Assembly (NCBI GenBank): GCA_030704615.1
Contig: CM060731.1
Span: 6,944,001-7,008,000, forward strand
Source: Takakia lepidozioides
Taxonomy: Eukaryota > Plantae > Bryophyta
Length of the DNA: 64,000 nt
Reading direction: 5' to 3'
Part shown: in pieces, positions 1 to 11,670 of the stretch
How the letters are laid out: every line of letters begins with the position of its first letter
How positions within the stretch are numbered: the stretch's first letter is position 1
Translations under genes and position numbers: made by a program
The notes under the pieces: model-generated
The model's input: the letters and a program-made list of their open reading frames with translations, nothing else
The model's database searches: none
What the model was told of the DNA's origin: nothing

Positions 1-2847
1 CAGATTCCTTTGCCGACTTTGGCCTAGCAGGGACACGTCTTTCCTTTCTCTTCTCTTCTGCCAAGGCGTGCAGATCTTTCTCAGACTCGTCAACAATACC
101 GCCAGACATATCCAGGTACCAGGGGCATCCAACGAGATGCGCGGGATGCCATTGTTTCTGCATCTCGGGTGTGTAGACACAGCTTGGGCCCGCCACGGTC
201 CAAGCCATGAAGAACGGGGGCTCTTGAGCCAGGGCCCCTGTCTGAAGGATCACGTATTTCATATACCTGCAAGGCAGTCAGCATGCGTGAGCGTAAGATT
301 GGACAAACCTACTCGCAGAGTGCCACCGAAAACATAAAATGCGAATGCGGTGCCGCATTTCCGAGACAAACCTCGTAACCAGGCTTCGCATACAAGGGCA
401 GCTGTGCTTCACCTGTAAACAATTTGCATTGCAGCTTTCCCCGCTCCCTCCTGATGTGTAAACTCCACGCTTCTTCTTGCTGTCTGTAGCTCTCTGGCGA
501 AAAGGTTGTCCTTGTACGCACATCTGAAACGTGTCACGTAGTCTTCCAATGTCTGTGTTCCATCCCATTTGACGTACAAGCCGAACGAATTTGTGTGCAT
601 TACAACTTGCTCCTTCGCATTCGACATTACCTGCGATTCCCAAATGCATTGTCACGTAGCAGTTCAGGGAATTCATTTCAGAAAAGCAAATCTGGGGAAG
701 TACCTTGAATTACCTGGAACCACCAAGTCATGCGGTTGAGCCACACATCCACTGCAGGGTCGGAAACTTCGAGTGGAAAAGACCACATTGTCCTTATGCT
801 CTCGGATGCATTCCAGATCGACAGCCACCGTGTCTGCCATTTCCGATCCAATGTCAGGAGCTGGAAGAGAGTGGCTATTGCTAGGAAGGAACTTCAGTGC
901 ATTGAAACCTCACCTTCTCTTTCGCCTCAACACATGCCGTTGAGAGGTGATGCAGTTTCTCCAATTGCATGGTCGGCTGCATGGCCCGAAAATAGTGTTT
1001 TGCAATCTCGGGGATGAAGTCCTTTCCAAGTGCCGGATCTGCAATTGCCACCAGCTTCACAAGCTTTGACTTGTATTTGGTTCTGGACTTGACACCGGCT
1101 TCCTTCAAGTGCTCAGTCAATGACTGCAACGTTTTCACCTGCCCCTCACTTTCCATGAAGAAGCGTTTGGCATGGGCCAAATCCAGCTTGATGTTTGACT
1201 GCCAACAAAAACATGCAGAAGCGTTACATTCGATTCATGTGGAAAGATTACTGGAAATTGGGGAAGGATGAGCAGAGGGAAATTGGAGGACGACTTACTT
1301 CGTATATCACCTCCACCATTCCATCCATAGTGAGACGATACCATGTCCGGTCTGTTTTTGCAACGGCTTTCTGAATGAGCTCGGACTCCAGCATTTCCGC
1401 AAACATCTGCGGATCAGTGAGACCAGTTTTCCTCACCCTGTACAGCATATGTGCCATGTGGGTATGCACGTACGCATTCTCAGTGACCCTGCAAGGCACA
1501 CTCTCCAGTTCAGTACACGGAAGCACGGAAACAAACCAGAATGGAAACCGAAATGCGGCACCGCATTTCGAACGTGCTAGGGAGGGTATGAGTATCTTAC
1601 GAGTTGAGGTCCGCCATGGCATTCTTGAGCAGGGAGGAGTCTGCCGCCTTCACCTTTAGGATGACACACTCCACCATGTAATGCCAGCCAATGTGCTTGG
1701 CATGGTTCTGCTTGATGTACTCCCACCAGGCAAGAAGTCGGTGATTCCCGTCCCACACAAAGAACATTTTACCCGACATATGGCCGAAGTCTGGATCACC
1801 CTTCAGCGTCGCCTCGAATTCGTCGTTGCGAGTGTGCCAGTGGGTATCCCACGTTGACAATTCATCGGCAGTGGGTCCACGAGTTTTGCCGTCCTCATTC
1901 TCAATGGAAACGTAAAACGCTGCCGATCCCAGATGGTACCCTTCTCGAAATGCGAACTTGAGCTTATCCACATCTCCGGGAAGGGCCTGCCTGACGATGG
2001 GAAGGGAGACCATGCGACAGAGTGGGATTCGAAGAGTCCGCTGGAATACCCTGCTGCCCAGAACTCTGCCAATGCTACTGTGTGTCTCCTCCAACATTTT
2101 ATCCGCTGCACTTTTGAAATCCTCCGGAGACATGTCTGTAGGTGCCGGTAGTGGCTGAGCAGCTGGAGCATCCTCAACTGGAGCTGCACTCTGGGGCCTG
2201 TTTGCGGGCAATTCTGCCATTGCAGAGGCCTCCTCCGGGCCTGCTTGCTCATCGGTGGTGAGGTCTTGCTGCGAACGTTCAGCGGCAGCACCCTCCTCCG
2301 GTACCAAATCGACAAAAACGGTCGATCCCATTGCCTTCGCTGCAGCAGAGACGGCCCCAACATCTGCAGGCGGGAAATCCTCCAGGAACTGAGCTTCAGC
2401 TCGTGGAAGCGGTTTTGCGGGAGATTGTTTGGCCGTCGCCTTGATTGCCTTCTGCTTCCTCATCCGTGCAGGTGAAGGTGTCTGCTGCAATTGAATCTGT
2501 CTTTTACCCTGCTGCTTCATTCGCATTGGGGGGGGTGAATCGGCCTGAGCCGGTTCAGAAACCAGTAGAGGGACGGGCTGCTTCTTCTTCGATTTTGCTG
2601 GAGAAGGGCCCGACCCCTGCTGGCGATTCTCCATGACCGAAGAACGCGAGTCGATCTCTGGGGCTTTGAACTTGCCCTTCGAAGCCGCGTCTTTGAAACG
2701 CACAGGGCTAGGCCCGGCAGGAATACCCGCGCTCGGGGATCGGGTGGGTGTACGTGCTGCAGCTAGCTCCTTGGACTCTTCCTGCGGCTCTTCGGATTCC
2801 TGCGATCCCTCCAGCACGTCCACCTTTCCTGTTAGGCATGCAAACAT
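1..2847 (-). CDS. Multi-exon ParB/Srx-like domain protein (paralog of 16030-21783), truncated by window edge; first exon uncertain (~3036)
   Basis: LRIPLCRMVS...FYVS...FFVWDGNHRLLAW (DGNHR at 1752-1738). Further exons ~1492-1302, ~1203-700, ~630-413 and ~267-1 align with B's exons, with shared GT-AG intron positions (ADLNS/HDVNK; VIYE/YMYA). Possible frameshift near 890. Confidence 0.75.
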
Positions 2848-3469
2848 GTTCTACATTCAAGTCTCCTAGCATTCAGTCTAAGAATTACAGAAGCAAAATG
2901 GGGGGTTCGGTGCTCGATCCGCTGCGCGCAGCCCGATCGCATGGAGCTCTCACTGGTGGCTGGGTTGCCTGAGTGGCCTACTACTCGGAGATGGCAATCT
3001 CCTCCTGTAGACGCATCTGCTTCCTCCCCTTTGGCATTGGCCTACGTCCGAAGTATAATTTTCGGAGCTTGCGACGAGGTCTCCTGTCTGGTGCACGAAC
3101 TCCCCCCCTCTCAGGTTCGAGCATAAGAAGAACAGAGACAGGGAAAAGGGGCAAAGAGTGCAGATGGAAAGGGCGCGAGAGGGGTGACTGAGGAGACACG
3201 ACAAAAGTAGATGAAACGGCGGTGATGCACCACTTGGGTTCGAAAGGGTTCGACGAAAGTGTCTCCTCGTGGACTTTGCGTCATTACAAAATTCGAATCG
3301 TTCAGGGTACGCCTGCCGTCCGAAAAACAAACATCATTATCCAACGGTCAGGCCGCGCCGCCTCATGCCACTTCTGTCAGATAGAGTGCCGACATGTGCC
3401 GCAATTCCGTTGCTCCACGTGTTTACATTTCAAGGCATTTCCGTCCCAGCGTCTGATGAGTTGGAGTGA

Positions 3470-4950
3470 AAATGCGAATGTGGCGCCGCATTTCCGTTAA
3501 GTACCATCACGAAGCTACACATCCGTACTTGTTGGAAGAAAATGCGGCACCGCATTTCCGTTCCACCTTCACATACCTTAGTTGTTGAACGGAAATACGG
3601 TGCCGCATTTCCGTCCCAAAGCTCCATGTATGAGATACAAAAGTGAAATGCGGCGCCGCATTTCCGTTCTGGAATGTCGAAAGGTGCGATTCGGACGGAA
3701 ATGAGGCACAACATTTCAGTTCCCGTGGTTCATGATTTTCAATGTGAACGGAAATGCGGTACCGCATTTCCGTTCCCCCTTCACATACCTTAGTTGATGA
3801 ATGGAAATGCCATGCCGCATTTCCGGTCTGGAAAGTTTGAAGGTCTCACATGGATGGAAATGCGGCACCACATTTCCGTCCCACAGCTCCAGGCCTCATA
3901 TACAAAACGGAAATGCGGCGCCGCATTTCCGATCTAGAATGTCGGAAGGTGCGACTCGGACGGAAATGCGGTGCCGCATTTCTGTTCCCGTTGTTCACGA
4001 TTTTCAGTCAGAACGGAAATGCGGTACCGCATTTCCGTTCTGTAGAGTATTAAAGTCTGACCCTGGCGAAAATGCTGTGCCGCATTTTCGTTCCACAGCT
4101 CCATGCCTCACATACAAAACGGAAATGCGGCGCCGCATTTCCGTTCTGGAATGTCGGAAGGTGCGACTCCGACGGAAATGCGGTGCCGCATTTGCGTTCT
4201 GGAATGTTGGGAGGTTTGACTCGGATGGAAATGCGCTGCCGCATTTCAGTTCCGATGGTTCACGATTTTCAGTCAGAACGGAAATGCGGTACCGCATTTC
4301 CGTTCTGGATAGTATGAATGTCTCAAGTGGTCGGAATTGCGCTGTCTCAAGCGGTCGGAATTGCACTTGGCTCCATGCAGCAGATACAAAATGGAAATGC
4401 GTCGCCGCATTTCCGTTCTGGAATGTCGGAAAGTGCGACTCCGACAGAAATGCGGTGCCGCATTTCTGTTCCCGTTGTTCATAATTCTCAATTAGAACGG
4501 AAATGCGGTACCGCATTTCCTTTCCACCTTCACATACCGTGCTTGTTGGATGGAAATGCGTTACCGCATTTCCGTTCTGGAGAGTATGAATGTCTTGTGA
4601 GGACGGAAATGTGGTGCAACATTTCTATCCCTCAGCTCCATGCATCAGATACAAAATGGAAATGCGGCGCCGCATTTCCGTTCTGGAATGTCGGAAAAGT
4701 GCGACTCGGACGGAAATGCGGTGCAGCATTTCTGTTCCCGTTGTTCATAATTCTCAATCAGAACGGAAATGCGATACCGCATTTCCGTTCCACCTTCACA
4801 TACCGTGCTTGCTGGATGGAAATGCGTTACCGCATTTCCGTTCTGGAGAGTATAAAGGTTTCCCCCGGACGGAAACTCGGTGCCGCATTGCCGTCGCTCT
4901 GGTGCATGACCAAGATGCAATACGGAAATGCGGCGCCGTATTTCCGTCCA
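3470..4950. repeat. Tandem array of ~28 units of 53 bp: 22-bp palindrome GGAAATGCGG-NN-CCGCATTTCC + 31-bp spacer; about five recurring spacer types
   Basis: Palindrome starts at 3750, 3803, 3856, 3909, 3962, 4015, 4068, 4121, 4174, 4227, 4280 etc. Spacers recur (e.g. gttctggaatgtcggaaggtgcgactc, gttcccgttgttca.gattttca, cagctccatgc...tacaaaa). Confidence 0.95.
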
Positions 4951-5362
4951 CCAGCAATCGAAAGAATCACTCGGGACGGGAAATCTGGAACCTAAATGGG
5001 TTGCATTGTTCCGAAACAACACAATTGCGGCCAGTCTTGATGAGCACAACTTGGTTGTCTGACCGTTTTAACTAACAGTACTGGCACTTGTCAGTGCGAA
5101 CGTTCCTGTCTGCACCGAGAATACTGCTGGATCCACCCTTAGGAGAAACTGTCAGGAGATGTTATTTCGTCGCCGAATCGGCCATCATTGTCATACTTAC
5201 TGGCTATGGAATCAAACCTCCCACCTTCATGCATGTAGCTTGAAACAATACTCTCCACTTCAATGTGCGACTTCCAATCGTCGATGGACTCCGCATGGTG
5301 CCTGTGAGCCTTGGTCTGTCGCTATACTGAACCTCGCACTTGCCAACTTCGTGCGGTGTTCG

Positions 5363-8300
5363 ATGGCTCCGAATTCCTACGCTATAGTTTGCTGTCCTCC
5401 GCAACTTGGGAGAGCATGGATCCCAAACGAGGGAGGACTTTGCAGAGTGACTGAAACTTACCTTTGTTCCAAATTCAAGCTCAAACCGGGCACAGTTTAT
5501 TTGGAAGAAGAAAGGAAGGATGTTCCTGGACAGGTTGACGAGACCATTGTCGTGCTAGGTAACGACGGAGGTTGCGGAATCGAATGGCACGTACCCCCAT
5601 CAGACACCATCCTGTACCGAGCTGTGGGAATGCCCATTCCCTTTCCGAATCAGTCGCTGCCCACACCATCCACAAAGGAGTCCGGAAACCGACAGGCGGC
5701 CACTGCCAACAGAGAGGTATGCAACGATAATCATTCCCGACCTGGACCGTCAAGACCCTCCATAGCTTCTCGTGTGGACGTATTCGACATTTCCGACGAG
5801 GAAGATGATTGCATTGAGGTACCCATGTACTCCACACGGTCGTTCAAATCCGGCATGGACGTCTCTGTAGGTGCTACGCATGTGCCCTCGAGCATAACTC
5901 CAACCCGGTCCATTGTGCAGCTCCTACGACAACATCACCTCGATGGTTCTCGCTCCGAGCTGGCTACTCTCGACTATGCCGAATTCCCAGTCAGAAAGGT
6001 AACGTTTCTGCCTCCCGAAGTCGATGGCAATGTCATCTTCAAGTTTCCACCTGTTTCTTCGTCAAACAAAGCCTCCGGGATGTTAACAGACATGGATCGA
6101 AAGCATGACGGACACCCCTGGTGTGTGACGAAGACCAGTAGTACGAAAATTGCTGATGGTGTTCGTGTACGATATGTCCTCTGTGCGGGGAAGCTGAGGT
6201 GCCTCAATCCCACCTGCTTCCACTTTCTCTCCAAAGGAGGGCGGAGAAACGAGACGGATTGGACTGGCACAATGCATCATCCATTCATTGTCTCCAGCCA
6301 AGCTCCTGCGGGTTCTTTCAAGTGTGCACATTGCAAAGAACCACCAACGTGCATGTCCATGTGCAGAGCCAAGCAATATTACGTAATTCATTTGCTCCCG
6401 GACTTGACTAGAGCTTGCATACACGTTGGGGTCCACTGCCACCCCTTGGCGAGAGGCAACATGCGTGAGGTTGTGCAGGAAGCACACGACATCATAAAAG
6501 AGGAGGTGAAATTGAGCCCTGGAGCCAGACCAAAGCAGATTCAGCTGAAGGCAGCCCACAAGATTGCTCTTGGCAAAATCATGTCTGAAGATGGTTCCGA
6601 CCGAGAGCCCTTGACCGAAGACGAGATGCGTGACCTCTTGGAGTCCGTCTCGCACGTTTGTAGTCCGAATGTGCGGAATCACATCGTATCTTGCAAGCAG
6701 GAGTTCGGCAGGGGGTCGGACATGTACTCAATCCTGGAGGTGAAACGAATGACTGGATATGACTACATCCAAGGTAGCAGGTTTCCAGGGCAAGGCAGCG
6801 AATCCGTTACATTTTCAAAATGTCGACGTGTGGGCCTGGGAGTGGAGTCGACTTGGTCACTCGCATGACAACTGGAAACTTGTCGAATGCTTGGGTGATG
6901 TTTGATCACATCAAGAGAATTACAAACCATCAGTGGGTGACTATGGGTGCGCATGTTTATGACTATCATGACGATTGCAATCTGCGAGATGAAAGGGGAG
7001 GACACACAGTCCGAGATGCATCTGTGGGAGGGCATAAACGAGCAGATGGCAAGGGCGGGATTGCCAGAGCCCAATTTCAGGGGATTCATGGCAGACAACG
7101 CTCAGGCCAACTGGGCAGCGGTGCGGCGTGTGTACGGTGAGGACCCCAATGTTCCAATGGAGGGGAAAGAGAGATCCTGTGGATTCCATTGGATGCAGAG
7201 TCTATCCCACTACACTACCAAATTTGTTGCTAGCTCATTCCAAGCTGAACACCGTGTCCTTTGTACGGCGTGGAAGGATGCACCCACATTTGATGACGCG
7301 GAGGTAAAGTTTGCTATCATCGAGGCTTGGTGGAACACGTCAGGTGCAGTGGAGACAACCAATCTGGGAGCATTGCACAGCTGGTTGGGGTGGTGGCATT
7401 TTCGGTATCGACAGTTCGGACAGTACATGCGGGAGGTAGGCTGCTGTCATTTTCGTTCATTTGTCTTTCTGTTACGGACATTTCGATTGGTCCCTCACCA
7501 TTGTTTGTGTCCTTCTAGGAGCGGTGCTTGGATTCCGACACGGACATGCCGAACACAAATATGGCAGAATCGGTCCACTCCTCCTGGCGAGCGTCTTCTG
7601 CCGCACATCTGGTGGACGTAGTGACGGCCACAACGGAGGACATCGACAGAGCAATCATGCAGCAAGCCACGTATTACAAGTTCCTGAGCGGCAAACAATG
7701 GGGCTTTGGGCCGGACAGGGAGGAATTGTTGGTATGAACAGCTTCGAGGTCCAAGAATCCACTGAAATGGGCGACAGCATTGCGAGAGAAGATCAAAGGG
7801 ACGCCTCTGCACCGCAGAGGTGAACACCTAGAGGGGGACGTCCGGACTCGCCCTGTCAGGCGGAGGATTGAAGAGGAACCCGGGTGCCCAAGAAATTCCA
7901 AATCGCCGTCGCCTTCAACCGGGGATTTCGTTCGAGAAATTCCCACCGCTCCCTTGCCCCAGATTCCGCCCGCTGTTATGCAGTATGGCCAAGCCATTGT
8001 GGAGATGACTGTGTCTGCATCACAGTGGAGAATTGCTCGCACAAAGCCGTCGTTTCGAGGAAGGTGTTCCGCAATTTGTGTGGATACACGGCAACGTTGT
8101 TTAGAGATGATAAGGAGGAATCCAGATGGGGCTGTCCCTGCTCCTACTTTTACAGGAAGATTTGTCCATGCAAAGTTTGCGGAGGCGACAACCACCCAGT
8201 TCTGGTTCTGCAGGCACGACATTATGACTTGCGTGTATGGAAAGCCCAAGTACGGCATACAAACAATGCCAGAGGCTCCCCCGGTGTGGCCGGTGGAACC

Positions 8301-8856
8301 AGGCTGCGATCTGAGTCAGGTTGAGGCCGACGCCCTTACCGCCGCAGGATTTCGGATGGTGCAGCGCACTGACGTCCCCAGACAACCATTTCCGCTTCCA
8401 CAGCCTCCACCACCGACCCCTGTGAGAGCAAGAACAATGGGACACGACACCTCTAAACATCCTACACACCGTTGGGGGAAACCGAAGAGGCGGCGACCTA
8501 CCTCAAAAGTGAACGAGACAAGGATGGGGAATGCACTTCGGATGAACTGTACAATCCAGAGCTCGACAGAAGTGCCCCCACCAGGATTCGGGCGTGTGTA
8601 TCAGATGGCCACGGCGGGCTCAGCTGTTCGCAATGAGGTGTACACCATCACCATTTCAGAATTACCCACCTGCAATTGCACCGACTTCCAGATCATGGCG
8701 AACAAGGGGGCATCATACTGCCCTTGCAAGCATTTGTACTACGTGTACCTAAAGAGACTCCGTTGTAATTCCACAACTCATCACTTCATACATGCACCAG
8801 GGTTGAGCCCCCAGGAGGTTCACACTCTTCTGAATATGGATCCAGGGGACCAGTGA
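5363..8856 (+). pseudogene. Mutator-like transposase A (GCM-like Zn domain, DDE core, C-terminal SWIM), disrupted
   Basis: GCM-like W...CAGKLRC-x4-C...CAHC...C...HVGVHCHP (~6110-6450). DDE core MFDH (~6900), FMADNAQA, CGFHW, NMAES (~7560). SWIM CNCTDF...CPCKHLYYV (~8670-8745). Frameshifts at ~6810 and ~6960, intron ~7436-7519, in-frame stop ~7735. Confidence 0.85.
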
Positions 8857-10226
8857 GCTTGGCTTGCGGTCCCAATACAATGGTACGCCCATCCTTTTCG
8901 GATAGTAGAACTGTACTGCTGCCAGTACCTCAGACTCTGGCCACAGAAAGGTCCGACATATGTCTTGCCTACCAGTAACCTGTTTTGCTCGAACTAAGAT
9001 ATTACTATATCGTTCACTTGTTTCCACGTGCATGTATTTTTGTATGTTGGAGGGTTCATGTTTTTCTGCTTTCCAAAAACTTGCTTTCCTCATTCAACCT
9101 CCGACAAGGAAATGCGGCGCCGCATTTCCAAGTATCGTCGTAGGTACTGGTAGAGGCGGCCTTCGCCAACACCAAACCGCTCCGAAATTTCGCACGTGCG
9201 AACCCTAATGCGGCACTTTATTTCCCAGTTCAGTTGCAAACCTTTCCCGCCGAATACCCGAAGAAGACAGAATTGTGAAGTACTGCAGACTCTATTGGTG
9301 CAGACTCCATTGGTTCAATCGCGGCAAAAGGGTCAGCTTCATTCCAATGTTAAGGCATGTAAAACCGTGGAATACTTTATACAGGCCAGTATGCGACGTC
9401 CTTTTGCAGTGGTATACTGGATTTCCCGTTGCACGGTCACTTATTTCCATGAGCGGATCTAAAAAACCATGAGCGGACTTGTTACTGACGACATATCTTC
9501 GCCGCATTACATGATCTGGAACGTCCAAAAACGGCAAGGTCAAATAAAAAACTATTATTTTAATACTTGTTTAATCTGCCGCATTTCCAAATTTGGAGGA
9601 GTCTGCTCATGAAATCCGCGTATCTTAGACTTCGGCTCACCGCTCATGCGGCTCATGCGGCTCATGGCTCATGGCTCATGGTTTCTGCTCATGAAATAGT
9701 AAACCTCCAGGAGCATACCATAGTGGGTCTGAAATATTCTACTGCTGATGTTGTAGGTCATTCCACAAAAATGTGGAAGATGCCACAGGCAAGCTACGGT
9801 TGATTTCACATATTTGTGATGTCATGGTGTGCACAATTATTCCATAGGCATCGTGATCATATCACAAATCGTGATACTGTCCACACTGTCAGTTTCACAG
9901 TCCATGTGAAATATGACTCATATACATAAACACAATTCCAAAGCACTGCGGCAACAACCTGCTCATGACATGTACAATTGACTAAGCATGGCCAGAACAA
10001 CAAAAAGAATGACCAGATGCAAGGGTGCTTCAAAGTTGGGTGCGCCCTTCATTGCCCAAATAAAGTTTAGTCTGAACATGCAAGTATTGCAGAGTCTGCA
10101 CTGCTGATCACAACCCCACAATGTACCCAAATCCTACATTGATGCGCACAATAACGAAAAAAAGTGAAATCGATATGAAGTGGCGTTCAGTCAAAATTGC
10201 CTTCAAATTGAGGATCCCCCACAACC

Positions 10227-11071
10227 TCATGTTTGGGTCAGTTTGAGGAACTTGGCAGACCACAGGGCCGTGCTGCCTACAGTGTCACTGAGCATCACAA
10301 TGGGAGGCCTAACATCATTGTTGGGGTATGGTAGAGCAACATCTGCCCCATGTACTGATTCAACCGAGACAACATGATAATCGGCATGAACGACATAAGC
10401 CAGCCAGTCAGTCGACATGCCCAATATATGGCCCACGCCTGCCTTCCGTTTGGGTGCATTGGGGTCAAACATTGTGACCTTGTCACCAACCTGAAACTGG
10501 GACAGCCAACACCACCAATGTGTGCCCTTGTCATTTGTTATGCACATGCAACAGTTATGGACAGGGAAAACGCGAGATGCCATCATATAGCCCTACAAAC
10601 AAAATACGGATGTACTTCCACGAAGGAAAACTTACAACAGGTGCCGGCGCTTTGAAGCTTCCCATACGGCTCCCATCAACGTTGCTGGCAGCAAGTCTTG
10701 CGGACTTCTTCCTCATATTCACCGCAACAATTTCCTTTGGTGGCTTCTGAATCAATAGAAACCCACACATGTACACAGAAGTCATGAACGGCCTGTAGGT
10801 ATTGCATAATCGACTTGGAACAGCACAAGAATATAGGAACACGAGTACTTACCTTCCGTACAACGGCCAATTTTGTTGTTGAATCAATGTTCTTCCCTGC
10901 CCCAACAATAACCACTCCTGTGCCCTTAGCCCCTGCCCCTATGTCTTGGGCACTTTGTCTAAGTTCACTGCCGGTGTGATCCTCCAGTACAGGCACTCCC
11001 TTCTCAATAAGGGGGGATAGGTCATCATTGGCACCATAATTAAGGCAAGGATCGTCACACAACGACGCAAT
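10227..11071 (-). pseudogene. 3' part of CACTA TnpA-like gene (TNP1/Transposase_23-like C-terminal domain), separated from its 5' part by element B
   Basis: VVSVESVHGADVALPYPNNDVRPPIVMLSDTVGSTALW resembles the En/Spm TNP1-type domain. Coding sequence stops exactly at B's left end and resumes at 22451. Intron ~10851-10748. Confidence 0.65.
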
Positions 11072-11670
11072 GGCGTGAGCGTTGCGCGTGAGCGTACGCT
11101 CACGCAGGAGTAACGTGGAGTGAGCCTGCACACACGCTGACGTGGCGTGAGCGTCATGTCAGCATGCTGATGTGGCGGTAAATGATGACGTGGCACTGTC
11201 CATCATCTGCCACGTCAGCATTAACATGCGCCGCCTATAACCGTGGATGGTCCTATGACCGTGGAATTAATGCAGGGAATCTTGCCTAAATAGAATCAAG
11301 ACGAGCGTTGAGGCCTACAATTGCAGCATCCAACATTGTGCAATTACAAATGCTTGTTTCACTTTTACAATTACGAGGACGAAAAAATATCCTCACAAAG
11401 TGTGTGCCATAAAGGCTGCCACGGGAAGACCTTCCTCCCTCCTCAAATAACAATGAGAGTTAGGATCATCTTCAAAAGATGATTGTAGTGCATAGCGACA
11501 GCAAGACATGTAGACTTCGAACGGTGCAATGACAAATGTGCACTACCTAAAGTTGTCACTCAGAGCTCACTCCGTATAGTTGGAGGCCATATCATTGCAC
11601 CGCCGACGAATTGATGTGAATTACACATTTCAAATCATGGTCGTCCACATACCACATTGCATAGTTGATG

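Larger units (their letters stand above)
1..9693. mobile_element. Element A: GCM-MULE-type DNA transposon with divergent ParB-like cargo gene; left end outside window
   Basis: Same two-gene head-to-head layout as element B. Cluster of GCTCATG/CATGAGC motifs at 9447-9693 resembles the GCTCACG/CGTGAGC motifs at B's ends, so it is taken as the approximate right end. Element-specific palindrome present from ~340 to ~9590. Confidence 0.65.

Noticed and set aside
3470-4950. CRISPR-like repeat-spacer array
   Set aside because: Spacers recur as about five related types, there are no cas genes, and the context is eukaryotic and intron-rich; it is a higher-order tandem repeat.
3430-5075. Long overlapping ORFs (up to 227 aa) on both strands
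   Set aside because: By-products of the stop-poor palindromic repeat.
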